Below, piece by piece: positions 28,463 through 39,324 of a DNA stretch of 64,000 bases. Positions within the stretch are counted from its first letter, which is position 1; every line of letters starts with the position of its first letter. Under the pieces are notes generated by a model. That model saw only the letters and a program-made list of their open reading frames with translations, did not search any database and was not told the DNA's origin. A program made the translations under genes and the position numbers. Source of the DNA: Chloroflexia bacterium (lineage in GTDB: Bacteria; Chloroflexota; Chloroflexia; Thermomicrobiales; UBA6265); the NCBI GenBank assembly GCA_043427975.1, contig JBHWTK010000013.1, positions 95,404 to 159,403 of the forward strand, given 5' to 3'.

Positions 28463-30727
28463 ATGGGACGGATACGGAATGTCGGCCAGATGCTCATCGC
28501 ACTGGCCGTTGTCATATCGGGATTGATTGGGACATCGTCTCCAGTATTTGCAGCCACGGTGTGTACACCGGCCGAGTCTCGTGCCATCGAGAACCGCGTG
28601 CATGTGCTCATCAATGAGCAGCGCACGTCTCGGGGACTGGCCCCGCTTGGGCGGATTCAGGGCATCGACCTCATGGCGCAGGATTGGTCGGTCACCATGT
28701 ACCGGACCGGCCAGTTCCAGCACCGGGCGGATATCCGCACGCCAACACCGGGAACACCGACGATCGTGGGCGAGAACATCGTAATGTGGCGCGGGTACCC
28801 CTGCGATGTTGAAGAGGATGCCCGCCGCGCGGTGGAACTCTGGATGCGGTCGCAGGGCCATCGTGAGAACATCCTGCGGCCGGAGTTCACGCACGTTGGC
28901 TACGGCTTTTACTCTGGCACTGACTCCCAATATGGTTCCAGCACGTACGGAACGCAGAACTTTGCCGGGTTCACGGGCACTCAGGCGCCACCAGCCACGT
29001 CGTCGATCAGCATCTCGCCGACGTCCGGGGCACCGGGGACAGTGGTCACCGTGCGAGGTCAGGGATACCCCGCAGGGTTCCGGGTCAATATCCTGTTCGG
29101 CCCTTCCCAGCAGCAGCTGGGCTCGGTCATCACCGACGGGAACGGCAGCTTCACGGGGAAGGTCACTGTCCCTCAAGTGGCCGGTGGTTCGTATGTCCTT
29201 CGCGCCCGAATGGTCAATGGACCGACGGTGCAGGATCAGGTCTTCCGTGTCACCTCGCCGCTGGCGACGCTTTCACTTTCACCCACAAGTGTGGCTCCGG
29301 GCGGGATTGTAGCGTTTAGCGGCACCAATTTCCTGCCCGGGGAGCGGGTCGATATCCGGTGGGGAAGCGCCTACGGCGACATCATCGGGTATGTTACCGC
29401 CCGAAGCGACGGGTCGATTAGCGGCCGTGTCACTGCTCGCGCGACGTCGTCGGGCACCTATAAGGTGGTTGCCCGGGGCACCTCCAGCTCCAAGGCTGTC
29501 GGCGCGAACCTGACGGTTACGGGTGTGACGCCGCTCATCACTGTTTCGCCTTCAACTGCGCCAGCGGGCACCGTGGTGTCGTTCAGCGGCCAGGGGTTCA
29601 ACCCGGGTGAACAGGTGAATATCACGTGGGACACGCATACGGGACGGCTGCTCGGCTATGTGCGCGCACGGGCGGATGGAACGATCTCCCGCAAGGTTAC
29701 GGTGCCATCAACGGCAGCAGCGGGCACACATTACCTGTATGCACGTGGACAGACCAGCACCATCACGGTGCGGCGCGGTATATCGGTCACGGTCCCACAG
29801 GCCTCCATAGCCATGGAGCAGACGCGCATTTCGCTGGGCCAATCTGACCTGGCGATGGGACAATCCGTCGCGCTGACCGGGCAGGGATACCAACCGGGCG
29901 AAACGGTGAAGATCACAATCGGCGAAGCGACCGAGGTTGCGGCGATCACAGCTGACAGCAACGGCCGGTTCAACACCACGGTCACCATGCCGGATCCAGT
30001 GCCATACGCCGATCGGCCACAGACGCTACGCGCAACCGGTGCGGAATCCACGAAGCAGGCCGTAGCACCGTTCACTGTCACGAACTGGGATCGGGCTGAA
30101 GTGACACTCTCGCCGGAACAGGGGCCAGCGGGTACGGTCACAACGGTTGTCGCAACCGGCTATGCACCCGGCGAAGCGGTGACCATTCGTGGCAATGCGT
30201 CCGATGGTCCTGTGCTTGCCACGGTGAGCGCCGATAGCGATGGCACGGTCGCAGCCGAGGTCACGATTGATGCGGCCGAGAAGGTGGAAACCGTAGACCT
30301 TATTGTGGTTGGAGCCGATGGCCTCCGCCTCGGGAAGGGCACGTTTACCGTGATGGATGCGGCGGAAGGGACACCTATCGCCACAGCAGAGCCGACGCCG
30401 ACCGGCGTACCGTCATCGCCCGAACCTGTGGAGCCAGGAATACCCCCCGAGGAACCGATGGAGGAACCGACGGCGGTGCCGACTGACGAGCCGGTCTCCA
30501 CTCCCGCGGAGCAACCAACCGAAGCACCGGTGGAGGAGCCGACTGCGGTGCCAACCGAGCAACCAGTGGTGACTCCAACGCCAACGCCGACAGAGCAGCC
30601 ACTTCCGGAGCCAACTTCTGAGCCGACGGACGAGCCCGTCCTGGTACCGACGGAGGAAGCGACCGAGGTGGTACCAGCCGATCCGGTGAGCGAACCCACG
30701 AGTGTCCCCCCTGGAGAAGGAGGGTAG
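28463..30727 (+). CDS. Secreted CAP/SCP (YkwD-like) domain protein with five Ig-like repeats and a Pro/Glu/Thr-rich tail
   Basis: Signal peptide (LIGTSSPVFA|AT). CAP-like block: INEQRTSRGLAPL...MAQDWSVTM...GENIV...WMRSQGHRENIL...THVGYGFY. Five ~85-aa repeats follow, then a 112-aa low-complexity tail (EPTAVPTDEPVSTPAEQPTEAP...). Confidence 0.8.
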   Translation: MGRIRNVGQMLIALAVVISGLIGTSSPVFAATVCTPAESRAIENRVHVLINEQRTSRGLAPLGRIQGIDLMAQDWSVTMYRTGQFQHRADIRTPTPGTPTIVGENIVMWRGYPCDVEEDARRAVELWMRSQGHRENILRPEFTHVGYGFYSGTDSQYGSSTYGTQNFAGFTGTQAPPATSSISISPTSGAPGTVVTVRGQGYPAGFRVNILFGPSQQQLGSVITDGNGSFTGKVTVPQVAGGSYVLRARMVNGPTVQDQVFRVTSPLATLSLSPTSVAPGGIVAFSGTNFLPGERVDIRWGSAYGDIIGYVTARSDGSISGRVTARATSSGTYKVVARGTSSSKAVGANLTVTGVTPLITVSPSTAPAGTVVSFSGQGFNPGEQVNITWDTHTGRLLGYVRARADGTISRKVTVPSTAAAGTHYLYARGQTSTITVRRGISVTVPQASIAMEQTRISLGQSDLAMGQSVALTGQGYQPGETVKITIGEATEVAAITADSNGRFNTTVTMPDPVPYADRPQTLRATGAESTKQAVAPFTVTNWDRAEVTLSPEQGPAGTVTTVVATGYAPGEAVTIRGNASDGPVLATVSADSDGTVAAEVTIDAAEKVETVDLIVVGADGLRLGKGTFTVMDAAEGTPIATAEPTPTGVPSSPEPVEPGIPPEEPMEEPTAVPTDEPVSTPAEQPTEAPVEEPTAVPTEQPVVTPTPTPTEQPLPEPTSEPTDEPVLVPTEEATEVVPADPVSEPTSVPPGEGG
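29006..30355 (+). repeat. Five tandem ~85-aa Ig-like (IPT/TIG-like) repeats within the CAP-domain protein
   Basis: Recurring pattern SP(T/S)xxxPGxxVxxxGxG(Y/F)xPGExVxI...G...(D/A)GxxxxxVTxP...G...Y. Confidence 0.6.
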
Positions 30728-30765
30728 TGATACCTGACACCGTCTACAATCGATGAGCAAACCCC

Positions 30766-30809
30766 GGGCCGGCATGACGTCATCACGTTATGCCGGCCCT
30801 TTGGTTTGG
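30766..30809 (+). terminator. Intrinsic terminator of the CAP-domain gene
   Basis: GGGCCGGCAT-N14-ATGCCGGCCC followed by TTTGGTTTGG. Confidence 0.75.
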
Positions 30810-31229
30810 CTGCACCGGCATACCGGCGAGGATTTGCGACCTATGATTCGCCTTACTGATGCACCGATCTCGCGATTCTGCGCAAGATGGAATTCGGCAG
30901 CGCCGTGCGTAGACCGTCGGTCAGATTCAATCGTTAACAGGGAAAGGCTTTTGACGACCTGTCAAAGAGGGGCAGGGGGATCCGGACTCCCCACGATTCG
31001 CTTCCGGGATGAATGTGGCGGCGATCTGTGAGTCTCCGCTTCACAATCACCGCACCTTTCGTCTGCAATTCTTTAGTTCCGGCACTCAGCATCCCACCTT
31101 CCAGGGCCGGATCGCGCCCCCCCGATCTTGATATCTGTAAAGTCCCTCGGGTGAGCGCCTGTATTACCGTTCTTTGAAATCGACTAGGGAATCATAATTT
31201 AAGCGTCAACTTCTTGGGGAATCAGGGTG

Positions 31230-31257
31230 TTGAATTAATATTATTACGGTTGATAAT
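31230..31257 (+). promoter_or_regulatory. Candidate sigma-70-type promoter in the AT-rich island
   Basis: TTGAAT (31230..31235), a 16-nt spacer, then GATAAT (31252..31257). This is the only strongly AT-rich patch in the 1.1-kb spacer. It would give a ~650-nt leader for the downstream gene. Confidence 0.3.
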
Positions 31258-31917
31258 CCGTGGTTAACCCCGTATTATGTATGCAAACCTGTACCGAACA
31301 GATACAGGCTGTGCCGACCCGATCGGGTCCTGTGCCAACTGTCATGTGATCACTGGGCAGCAATTGCTGCCGTAGTGAAACAGGCGAGGCCGCCGAGGCC
31401 CGCGTTCCAAGCCCCGAAAGGCCCGCACCGGCCGGTGCGAGTCGCCAGAGAACCAGGTCGCAGATTGTGTCCGACATCGCACGTTGACGGAAATGTCAGT
31501 AGCTCTATTACTTCGTACCTGATCGGGCTATACCTTATGTCTACGTCATTCACTGGCCCATTCGCACCCGAGACCGCAATCGCATATGCGCGCGCGCCGA
31601 TAGAGACCAGGCGAATGTCCACGGTGTCCCCGCCGCAGGATCCTTCGCCACGGTTGTTCCGCGCCGCCAATGACCGTGCGTGCACCGGGGTCGCTGATCG
31701 AATTCAGGGCCATCTTCACACCACGAGCTCCACCATCCCGGCTTCGGCCTGCGCCAGTGGAGCGGCTTTCATCCGGGAGTCGCATAGCGGGAGAGAAAGG
31801 AGGGGTACGCGGAGAGAACCGGCTGATCCAGATCATTCACGCATCTAGCACTTCAGAGGGACGTCATGCCGAACAACCTCAAGACCCTTGTATCTGGACA
31901 ATCTACGGGAGTCGAGA

Positions 31918-34318
31918 ATGAACAAGAGACCCATAACCAAACCGACATTCCGCCTGCTGCGGATGTTCATGCTGCTCTTCATGATCTTTGGCGTTTTTGG
32001 CCCGATGGGGCAAAGTGCTAGCGCCGCACAAGCTCCAGGACTGAGCGTGGAGTTGTGTTGGACCCTCGACACTGATGCGCCTTTCCTTGTACTTAGCGAC
32101 GCGGAGCTAAGCGTGCTCGCTGGCGAACCTTACAACTACAGCGAAGCGCAAATTTCCGCAGTTGCGAGCTTCTGCGAGGATCAGCCGTCCATAGACCTTG
32201 GCGGAGGCAACAATGGCGGACTGAAAGTCTTCGTATGCAAGTATGTCGGCACTCCAAACGTCGACGAGCGGTTGCAAACAGGCAACAACCCCATTTCAGT
32301 GTCGGTAAATGCCATTCCGAACTACCAGGGGGTTGGCAGCTACTTCGCTGACGCCCAGGGACGATCATACGTCCTTGCCGTGGACACAACAACCGGGGGC
32401 GGACAAACGGGCGAGCCCAGTGTGGACGACTGCCCACCACCTGATGGGCCGGATCCGGGCCTGGGACTGGTAGTGAAGTACTTCTGTGCCGACACGGACA
32501 TCACAGTACCGGTGGTCGGTGGTGAATATGAAGACTGCGAGCCCGCCACAGCCGGGCAGCTCGCAGGTGTCAACTTCCTGGTCTACCCATTCGGTCACGC
32601 GACAGCCGCGATTGACGTGGACGATTCATTGCTGCTGGGAGCAGGAGTAGAGCTCCCGGTTGGCACGCATACCCTCGTTGAAGTCCTCAATGGCGTAACG
32701 TACGAACTTGGCGACCTGGTGATCGTCGCCGGTCAGACGACAACGATCGTTGTAAACAACCCGATCCCGGAAGAGTCAGGCGCAGGTTTGGTCGTCAAGT
32801 ACTTCTGCGCCGACACGGACATTACCGTACCGGTGGTCGATGGTGAATATGAGGACTGCTCGCTGGCCACGGCCGAACAACTTGCGGGTATCAACTTCCT
32901 GGTCTACCCGTTTGGTGATGCGGCGGCTGCGATTGACGTGGATGACGCACTGTTGCTGACGACAGGCGTTGAACTCCCGGCAGGCACCCATACTCTGGTG
33001 GAAGTGGCCGACGGCGTCGTGTATGAGCTGGGTGACCTAGTCATCGTTGCTGGTGAGACGACGACCATCACTGTCTACAACCCGATCCCGGAACTTCCGG
33101 GCGTTGGCGTGGTGGTGAAGCAGTTCTGTGCCGATGATGACATCACGGTGCCCGTGGTCGGCGGTGAAACCGACTACGACGACTGCGAACCGGCTACAGC
33201 CGAGAAGCTCGAAGGCGTCAACTTCCTGGTCTACCCGTTCGGTGTAGAGGCTGATGCCATCGACGTGGACGATGCGCTGTTGCTGACAACGGGCGTTGAA
33301 CTCCCGGTTGGCACGCACACGCTGGTCGAGGTTGTCGACGGCGTCACCTACGTACTGGGTGACCTGGTGATTACGTCTGATGGCACAACCGTCATCTACG
33401 TCTTCAACCCGGCAGAACAACCCGGGTTCGGCAGGATCAACGTCGTCAAGTACTTCTGCGAGGATGCGGACATTACCGTTCCTGTAGTCGGCGACGATGA
33501 CAGTGACTACGACGATTGCGTACCCGCAACAGTCGAGCTCCTTGAAGGCGTCAACTTCGTGGTCTATCCGTTCGGCGTAGAGGCCGATGCCATAGACATC
33601 GATGACACCGCATTGCTGTCGACGGGCGTCGAACTGCCAGTGGGTACACATACACTGGTCGAGGTTGTCGACGGCGTTGTGCACGAGCTTGCGACCGTCA
33701 CCGTGACAGATGGCAGCACGGTGTCGTACATGGTCTTCAACCCGGTCGAAAAGCAGGAAATCACGCTCAATCTTTACAAGTTCGTCTGCAGTGGCTTCTC
33801 CGAGAAGCAGGAAGACGGCTGTGTCGAGAGTGGCGAGCTGGACGGCGTTGAAATCGGGTTCACCGTGACCTACATGATCGGTGATGAAGAGACAACCGTT
33901 GAGACTTCAGTAGTGATCGAGGGTTCGGAAGGCTCAGCCATGCTGACCCTGCCGAACCCTCGATCACTACACCATCTGCGAACTGGTGCCGGCAGGCGTC
34001 GAGAGTGTCCTGTTCGCGGTCGGTGGCATCGAAGACGTCGAAGCCGATGAGAACGGCTGCATCACCTTCAGCGGCGAAGGCCTCGCTGATGGCGATATCC
34101 TGAACGTCATGTTCTGGAACGACATGCACGATCAGAAGCCGGTCAAGCCAGAGAAACCTGAGAAGCCGGTCAAGCCGGTTCCGGTTAAGACCGTGACCAG
34201 CCTGCCGAACACCGGTTCTGGCGACATGGCCTCCAGCTCAAGCCTCCTCTGGGCGGCAATGGTTGCGATGGTCGCGTTCGGTGCGAGTGCCCTGGGCATT
34301 CGCCGCAAGAACCTGTAA
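31918..34318 (+). pseudogene. LPXTG-anchored repeat surface protein, reading frame broken by a 1-nt frameshift (or sequencing error)
   Basis: Signal peptide MNKRPITKPTFRLLRMFMLLFMIFGVFGPMGQSASA|AQ (GGGAG SD), then 4-5 prealbumin/Cna-B-like repeats. Frame 1 turns into sequence unlike the repeats after ...AMLTLPNP (~33960). Frame 2 (open from 33947) continues as LDHYTICELVPAGVES... and ends with KPEKPEKPVKP linker, LPNTGSG, a hydrophobic helix and RRKNL. This corresponds to track ORFs 31888..34050 plus 33986..34318. Confidence 0.75.
32458..33756 (+). repeat. Four tandem ~321-333-bp (107-111-aa) coding repeats
   Basis: Units start at 32458, 32779, 33100 and 33424, each as G(L/A/V/F)G..VVK(Y/Q)FC.D.DITVPVV...DC.PAT...L.G(V/I)NF(L/V)VYPFG...AIDVDD.LLL..GVELP.GTHTLVEV. 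A diverged fifth unit follows from 33757. Confidence 0.85.
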
Positions 34319-34353
34319 CCACATCCAGCCGTCCCTGGAACGTGGTGGCTCAA

Positions 34354-34388
34354 GGAACGAGCCGGGAGCATTGCTCCCGGCTCGTTCC
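34354..34388 (+). terminator. Perfect 16-bp hairpin downstream of the LPXTG gene
   Basis: GGAACGAGCCGGGAGC-ATT-GCTCCCGGCTCGTTCC. No U-tract follows. Confidence 0.55.
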
Positions 34389-34571
34389 CGTTGCCCGTTC
34401 CATTGATGCTGCAGAGAGGAACATCGATCTGTCCAGGCCCGAGCTTGTGCCTGCAGCGGTCTGGCAGACCCAAATCCTTATCCTGCCGGGAGTTGCGATG
34501 CCCCGGGCACGGCAATTCCGGTATGCTTCCCGCAGGACGATGGGTGGTCACGGGGGAGCAACGGGGCATAC

Positions 34572-35202
34572 ATGAAGAATGGTGGGTGGAAACGTTTTCG
34601 CCTGGGTATCAAACGATTGATTGACATCGTGATAGCCGGGGTCCTGCTTGTTGGACTTTCGCCTGTATACCTGGCTGTCTACCTCCTGGTGTGGGCCAGA
34701 ATGGGACGCCCGGTTATCTTCACGCAGGAGCGGCCCGGATTGCATGGCAAACCGTTCCTGGTTCGGAAGTTCCGCACCATGACGACGGCGACCACGGACG
34801 CGAATGGTCGCCCCTTGGGTGATGCAGAGCGTACGCCGCCCCTCGGTCAGACGCTGCGGAAGACCAGTCTCGATGAACTGCCGCAACTCGTGAGCGTGCT
34901 TCGGGGCGATATGTCCCTCGTCGGGCCCCGGCCGCTCCTGATGGAGTATCTTCCAAAATACACTCCCGAGCAGGCCCGCCGGCACGATATGCGACCAGGT
35001 ATCACAGGATGGGCGCAGGTAAATGGCCGCAACTATACCCGTTTTAGCGAGCGTTTCCGGCTGGATGTGTGGTACGTGGATAACTGGAGCCTCATGCTCG
35101 ATGCCCGCATCCTGTGGAAAACCGTCATCAATGTCGTACGCGGTTCAGGAGTGGTGACAGGCCAGAGCGTGGAGGATTTTGATGATGTGGGATTCCTGAA
35201 GC

Positions 35203-35216
<14 letters not shown>
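34572..35216 (+). CDS. Small phosphoglycosyl (sugar-phosphate) transferase, PglC/WbaP C-terminal type
   Basis: KRLIDIVIAGVLLVGLSPVYL (re-entrant helix), PVIFTQERPGLHGKPFLVRKFRTM, DELPQLVSVLRGDMSLVGPRP. Confidence 0.9.
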
Positions 35217-37235
<2,019 letters not shown>

Positions 37236-37264
37236 GCTGTGCTCCCGCGTAGCGCGTTCAGTAG

Positions 37265-37294
37265 GGCCCCTGGCGAGCGAGGTCGCCAGGGGCC
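37265..37294. terminator. 12-bp hairpin between convergent argG and the VOC gene
   Basis: GGCCCCTGGCGA-GCGAGG-TCGCCAGGGGCC followed by TTGG. Confidence 0.6.
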
Positions 37295-37310
37295 TTGGCG
37301 CATCCGGAAA

Positions 37311-37721
37311 TTATTCGTCGGCTGATTCCTCTGCCGGGAAATCGATGATGGCGACATACCCACCCTGCGGGTCCTGAATCACCGCGTATTTCGATCCGGG
37401 GCCCGCATCGCGCACGTCGCCGATCAGCCGGCCGCCGTTCTTCTCCACCTGTGCAATCGATTCCGCCACATTGGCGACCCGGAAGCACACGACCCATGTA
37501 TCTGCCGGCTGATTCGCGTTAACGCCGCGCAGGTGGCAAACCCCGCCACCCCAGCCGCCGTTGGGCCCCATCATCACGTAGTCGTCGTACTCGCCCATCG
37601 GCATGGGATCGACCCTCCAACCCATAACTGCTGCGTAGAAATCCCGGAGATCGTCTGCATGGGAGGACGTGATATCCGCTGACACGATCGAGCCAACGGG
37701 TGGGGGAGAGAACGCTTCCAT
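37311..37721 (-). CDS. VOC/glyoxalase family protein
   Basis: 136 aa. DLRDFYAAVMGW...FRVANVAESIAQVEKNGGRL...YAVIQDPQGGYVAI matches the VOC pattern. Confidence 0.8.
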   Translation of the reverse strand: MEAFSPPPVGSIVSADITSSHADDLRDFYAAVMGWRVDPMPMGEYDDYVMMGPNGGWGGGVCHLRGVNANQPADTWVVCFRVANVAESIAQVEKNGGRLIGDVRDAGPGSKYAVIQDPQGGYVAIIDFPAEESADE

Positions 37722-37877
37722 CTGCTGCTCCTTCTATGAGGCCACATAACGTACCCCGACTGTAGCGCAAAGCCGAACTTTGATGGTAATCTAACTTCGA
37801 CAGACATCGAACTGAGGGGTGGCTCATCTCACTGTGGAGCACTCCCCAGCAATCGATGTCGTTGAAAGGAGAAACGG

Positions 37878-38504
37878 ATGACCACCATCGAAGAACAGGT
37901 CGCGCTTCTGAAAACCATCGCGGACGAGACGCGGCTGCGTATTCTTGGCCTGATCGCCGAGGAGCCGCGATCTGGCAAGCAGCTGGCCGATGAACTGGGC
38001 CTGACAGCGCCGACAATCAGCCATCACATGCGCAAGCTCACCGGTGCTGGCATTGTCAGCGAACATCGCGATGCGCAGAGGCATGTCTACCAGCTCAACA
38101 ACCATCTGCTCACCGCCATGCGTTCGAGCGGATCAACGCCAGCCCCTGCGCCCGCAGACGACCGCGAGAAGACGTTGCGCAACTTCATCAAGAACGGCAA
38201 GCTGGTCACCATGCCGGCCAGTCGCAAACAACGTGTGATTGTGCTGCAATACCTGCTGGAGCAATTCCAGCCCGGCCGGGACTATCCCGAGCGCGAGGTG
38301 AACGAATTGCTGGGTGCGTACAATGAGGATTACGCCACCTTGCGGCGGGAACTCGTGGATTACGGCTACCTCGTGCGCGAAGGCGGTATCTACCAGGTGG
38401 CACAGTCGCTCCCAAAACGATCTCGCAACCTGCAGCAGGAAATGCCTGCTGACGAGGCCGACTGGTTGCGGGCCGTGATCTCGGCCTCACTGAAACGGGA
38501 TTGA
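37878..38504 (+). CDS. ArsR-family transcriptional regulator with C-terminal DUF2087-like domain
   Basis: LKTIADETRLRILGLIAEEPRSGKQLADELGLTAPTISHHMRKL (wHTH). C-terminal segment KNGKLVTMPASRKQRVIVLQYL...EREVNELL...DYATLRRELVDYGYL. Confidence 0.8.
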   Translation: MTTIEEQVALLKTIADETRLRILGLIAEEPRSGKQLADELGLTAPTISHHMRKLTGAGIVSEHRDAQRHVYQLNNHLLTAMRSSGSTPAPAPADDREKTLRNFIKNGKLVTMPASRKQRVIVLQYLLEQFQPGRDYPEREVNELLGAYNEDYATLRRELVDYGYLVREGGIYQVAQSLPKRSRNLQQEMPADEADWLRAVISASLKRD

Positions 38505-38516
38505 GGGAACGATTGC

Positions 38517-39224
38517 ATGGATGACGAACTCGATATCCAACCGTGGCCCGTACTGGAGCTCATCGGTCGGGCAGTGGCGCTCACCTCGGTGGCAAAACGC
38601 GGCATGCTGGAGGTGGACGACGAAAACGATGTCTTCTCCGCCGAGACCGATCGCTTTGAGCTTTCCACATGGGCGCGTACGGAACTGAGCAACTGGATCA
38701 CGGATGCCGAGCTGGCCGTGCTCAATACGCCCCTTGGTGACCTTGATGAGGATCAGATGTTACTGGCCGACGAGGCATTGTATGCCGCGGGAGCGGTGTG
38801 CTGGGCCCTGCGGACGGTGGACATCGAGCGTCTTCCGATCCTGGATAGCGAAGCCTTCAACGCTGCCGTCATGTCCTGGGCGCCGGGTCCGTGGGACAAG
38901 GTCCGCAACCTGCAGAAGCGCGTGCGTTTACGCAGCGATGAAGAGCTTGCGGCCGAGCGCGAGCGCATGGAGTTGTGGCACTGGCGCGCCAACGGCGAGA
39001 TCGCAAGCGAAGACCTGGCCGAGGTAGTTGCCGAAGCTGTAGAGGCTGGGCTGATCACAGCGGTCGACGGCGATTTCGCAACTGATGACGGGTTTGCGTT
39101 TGGATCGCTGGGCGACGAAGAGCGCGATGACATCGGCTGGATTGCCGAACAACGCCTTCGTGCCCTCAACTGGGTGTGCGGCTTCGGTGATTCCTGGGAA
39201 ACCGCGCCCATCGAACTGGACTGA
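38517..39224 (+). CDS. Hypothetical acidic protein (possibly DUF4272-like)
   Basis: 235 aa, 12 nt downstream of the ArsR gene. Conserved-looking Trp/Arg features (AVCWALR, ELWHWRA, RLRALNWVCGF). The family call is from memory only. Confidence 0.55.
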   Translation: MDDELDIQPWPVLELIGRAVALTSVAKRGMLEVDDENDVFSAETDRFELSTWARTELSNWITDAELAVLNTPLGDLDEDQMLLADEALYAAGAVCWALRTVDIERLPILDSEAFNAAVMSWAPGPWDKVRNLQKRVRLRSDEELAAERERMELWHWRANGEIASEDLAEVVAEAVEAGLITAVDGDFATDDGFAFGSLGDEERDDIGWIAEQRLRALNWVCGFGDSWETAPIELD

Positions 39225-39324
39225 GTTCTCGGCACTCTGGCACGATGGTGCGCATCATTACCTCATGGATATGCCTGGTGGTCAGGCTGGTTCAGGATAG
39301 TGCTGAGTTGATGGCGGAGGGGAA

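Noticed and set aside
30160-30786. Gly/Ser/Val-rich minus-strand ORFs (208, 121 and 120 aa) opposite the 3' end of the CAP-domain gene
   Set aside because: They are mirror images of the Pro/Glu/Thr low-complexity tail coding region. They are compositional artefacts.
31375-31848. 157-aa ORF in the 1.1-kb spacer, together with 30753..31031 + and 31350..31685 -
   Set aside because: It has no SD and an Arg/Pro/Ser/Ala-rich composition. One of these ORFs runs through the upstream terminator. The region is treated as non-coding, but see the finding on the spacer.
33944-33965. Programmed ribosomal frameshift in the LPXTG gene
   Set aside because: There is no slippery heptamer, no in-frame stop in the zero frame at the shift site, and no obvious downstream stimulatory structure. 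An indel in the CCC run, real or technical, is the simpler explanation.
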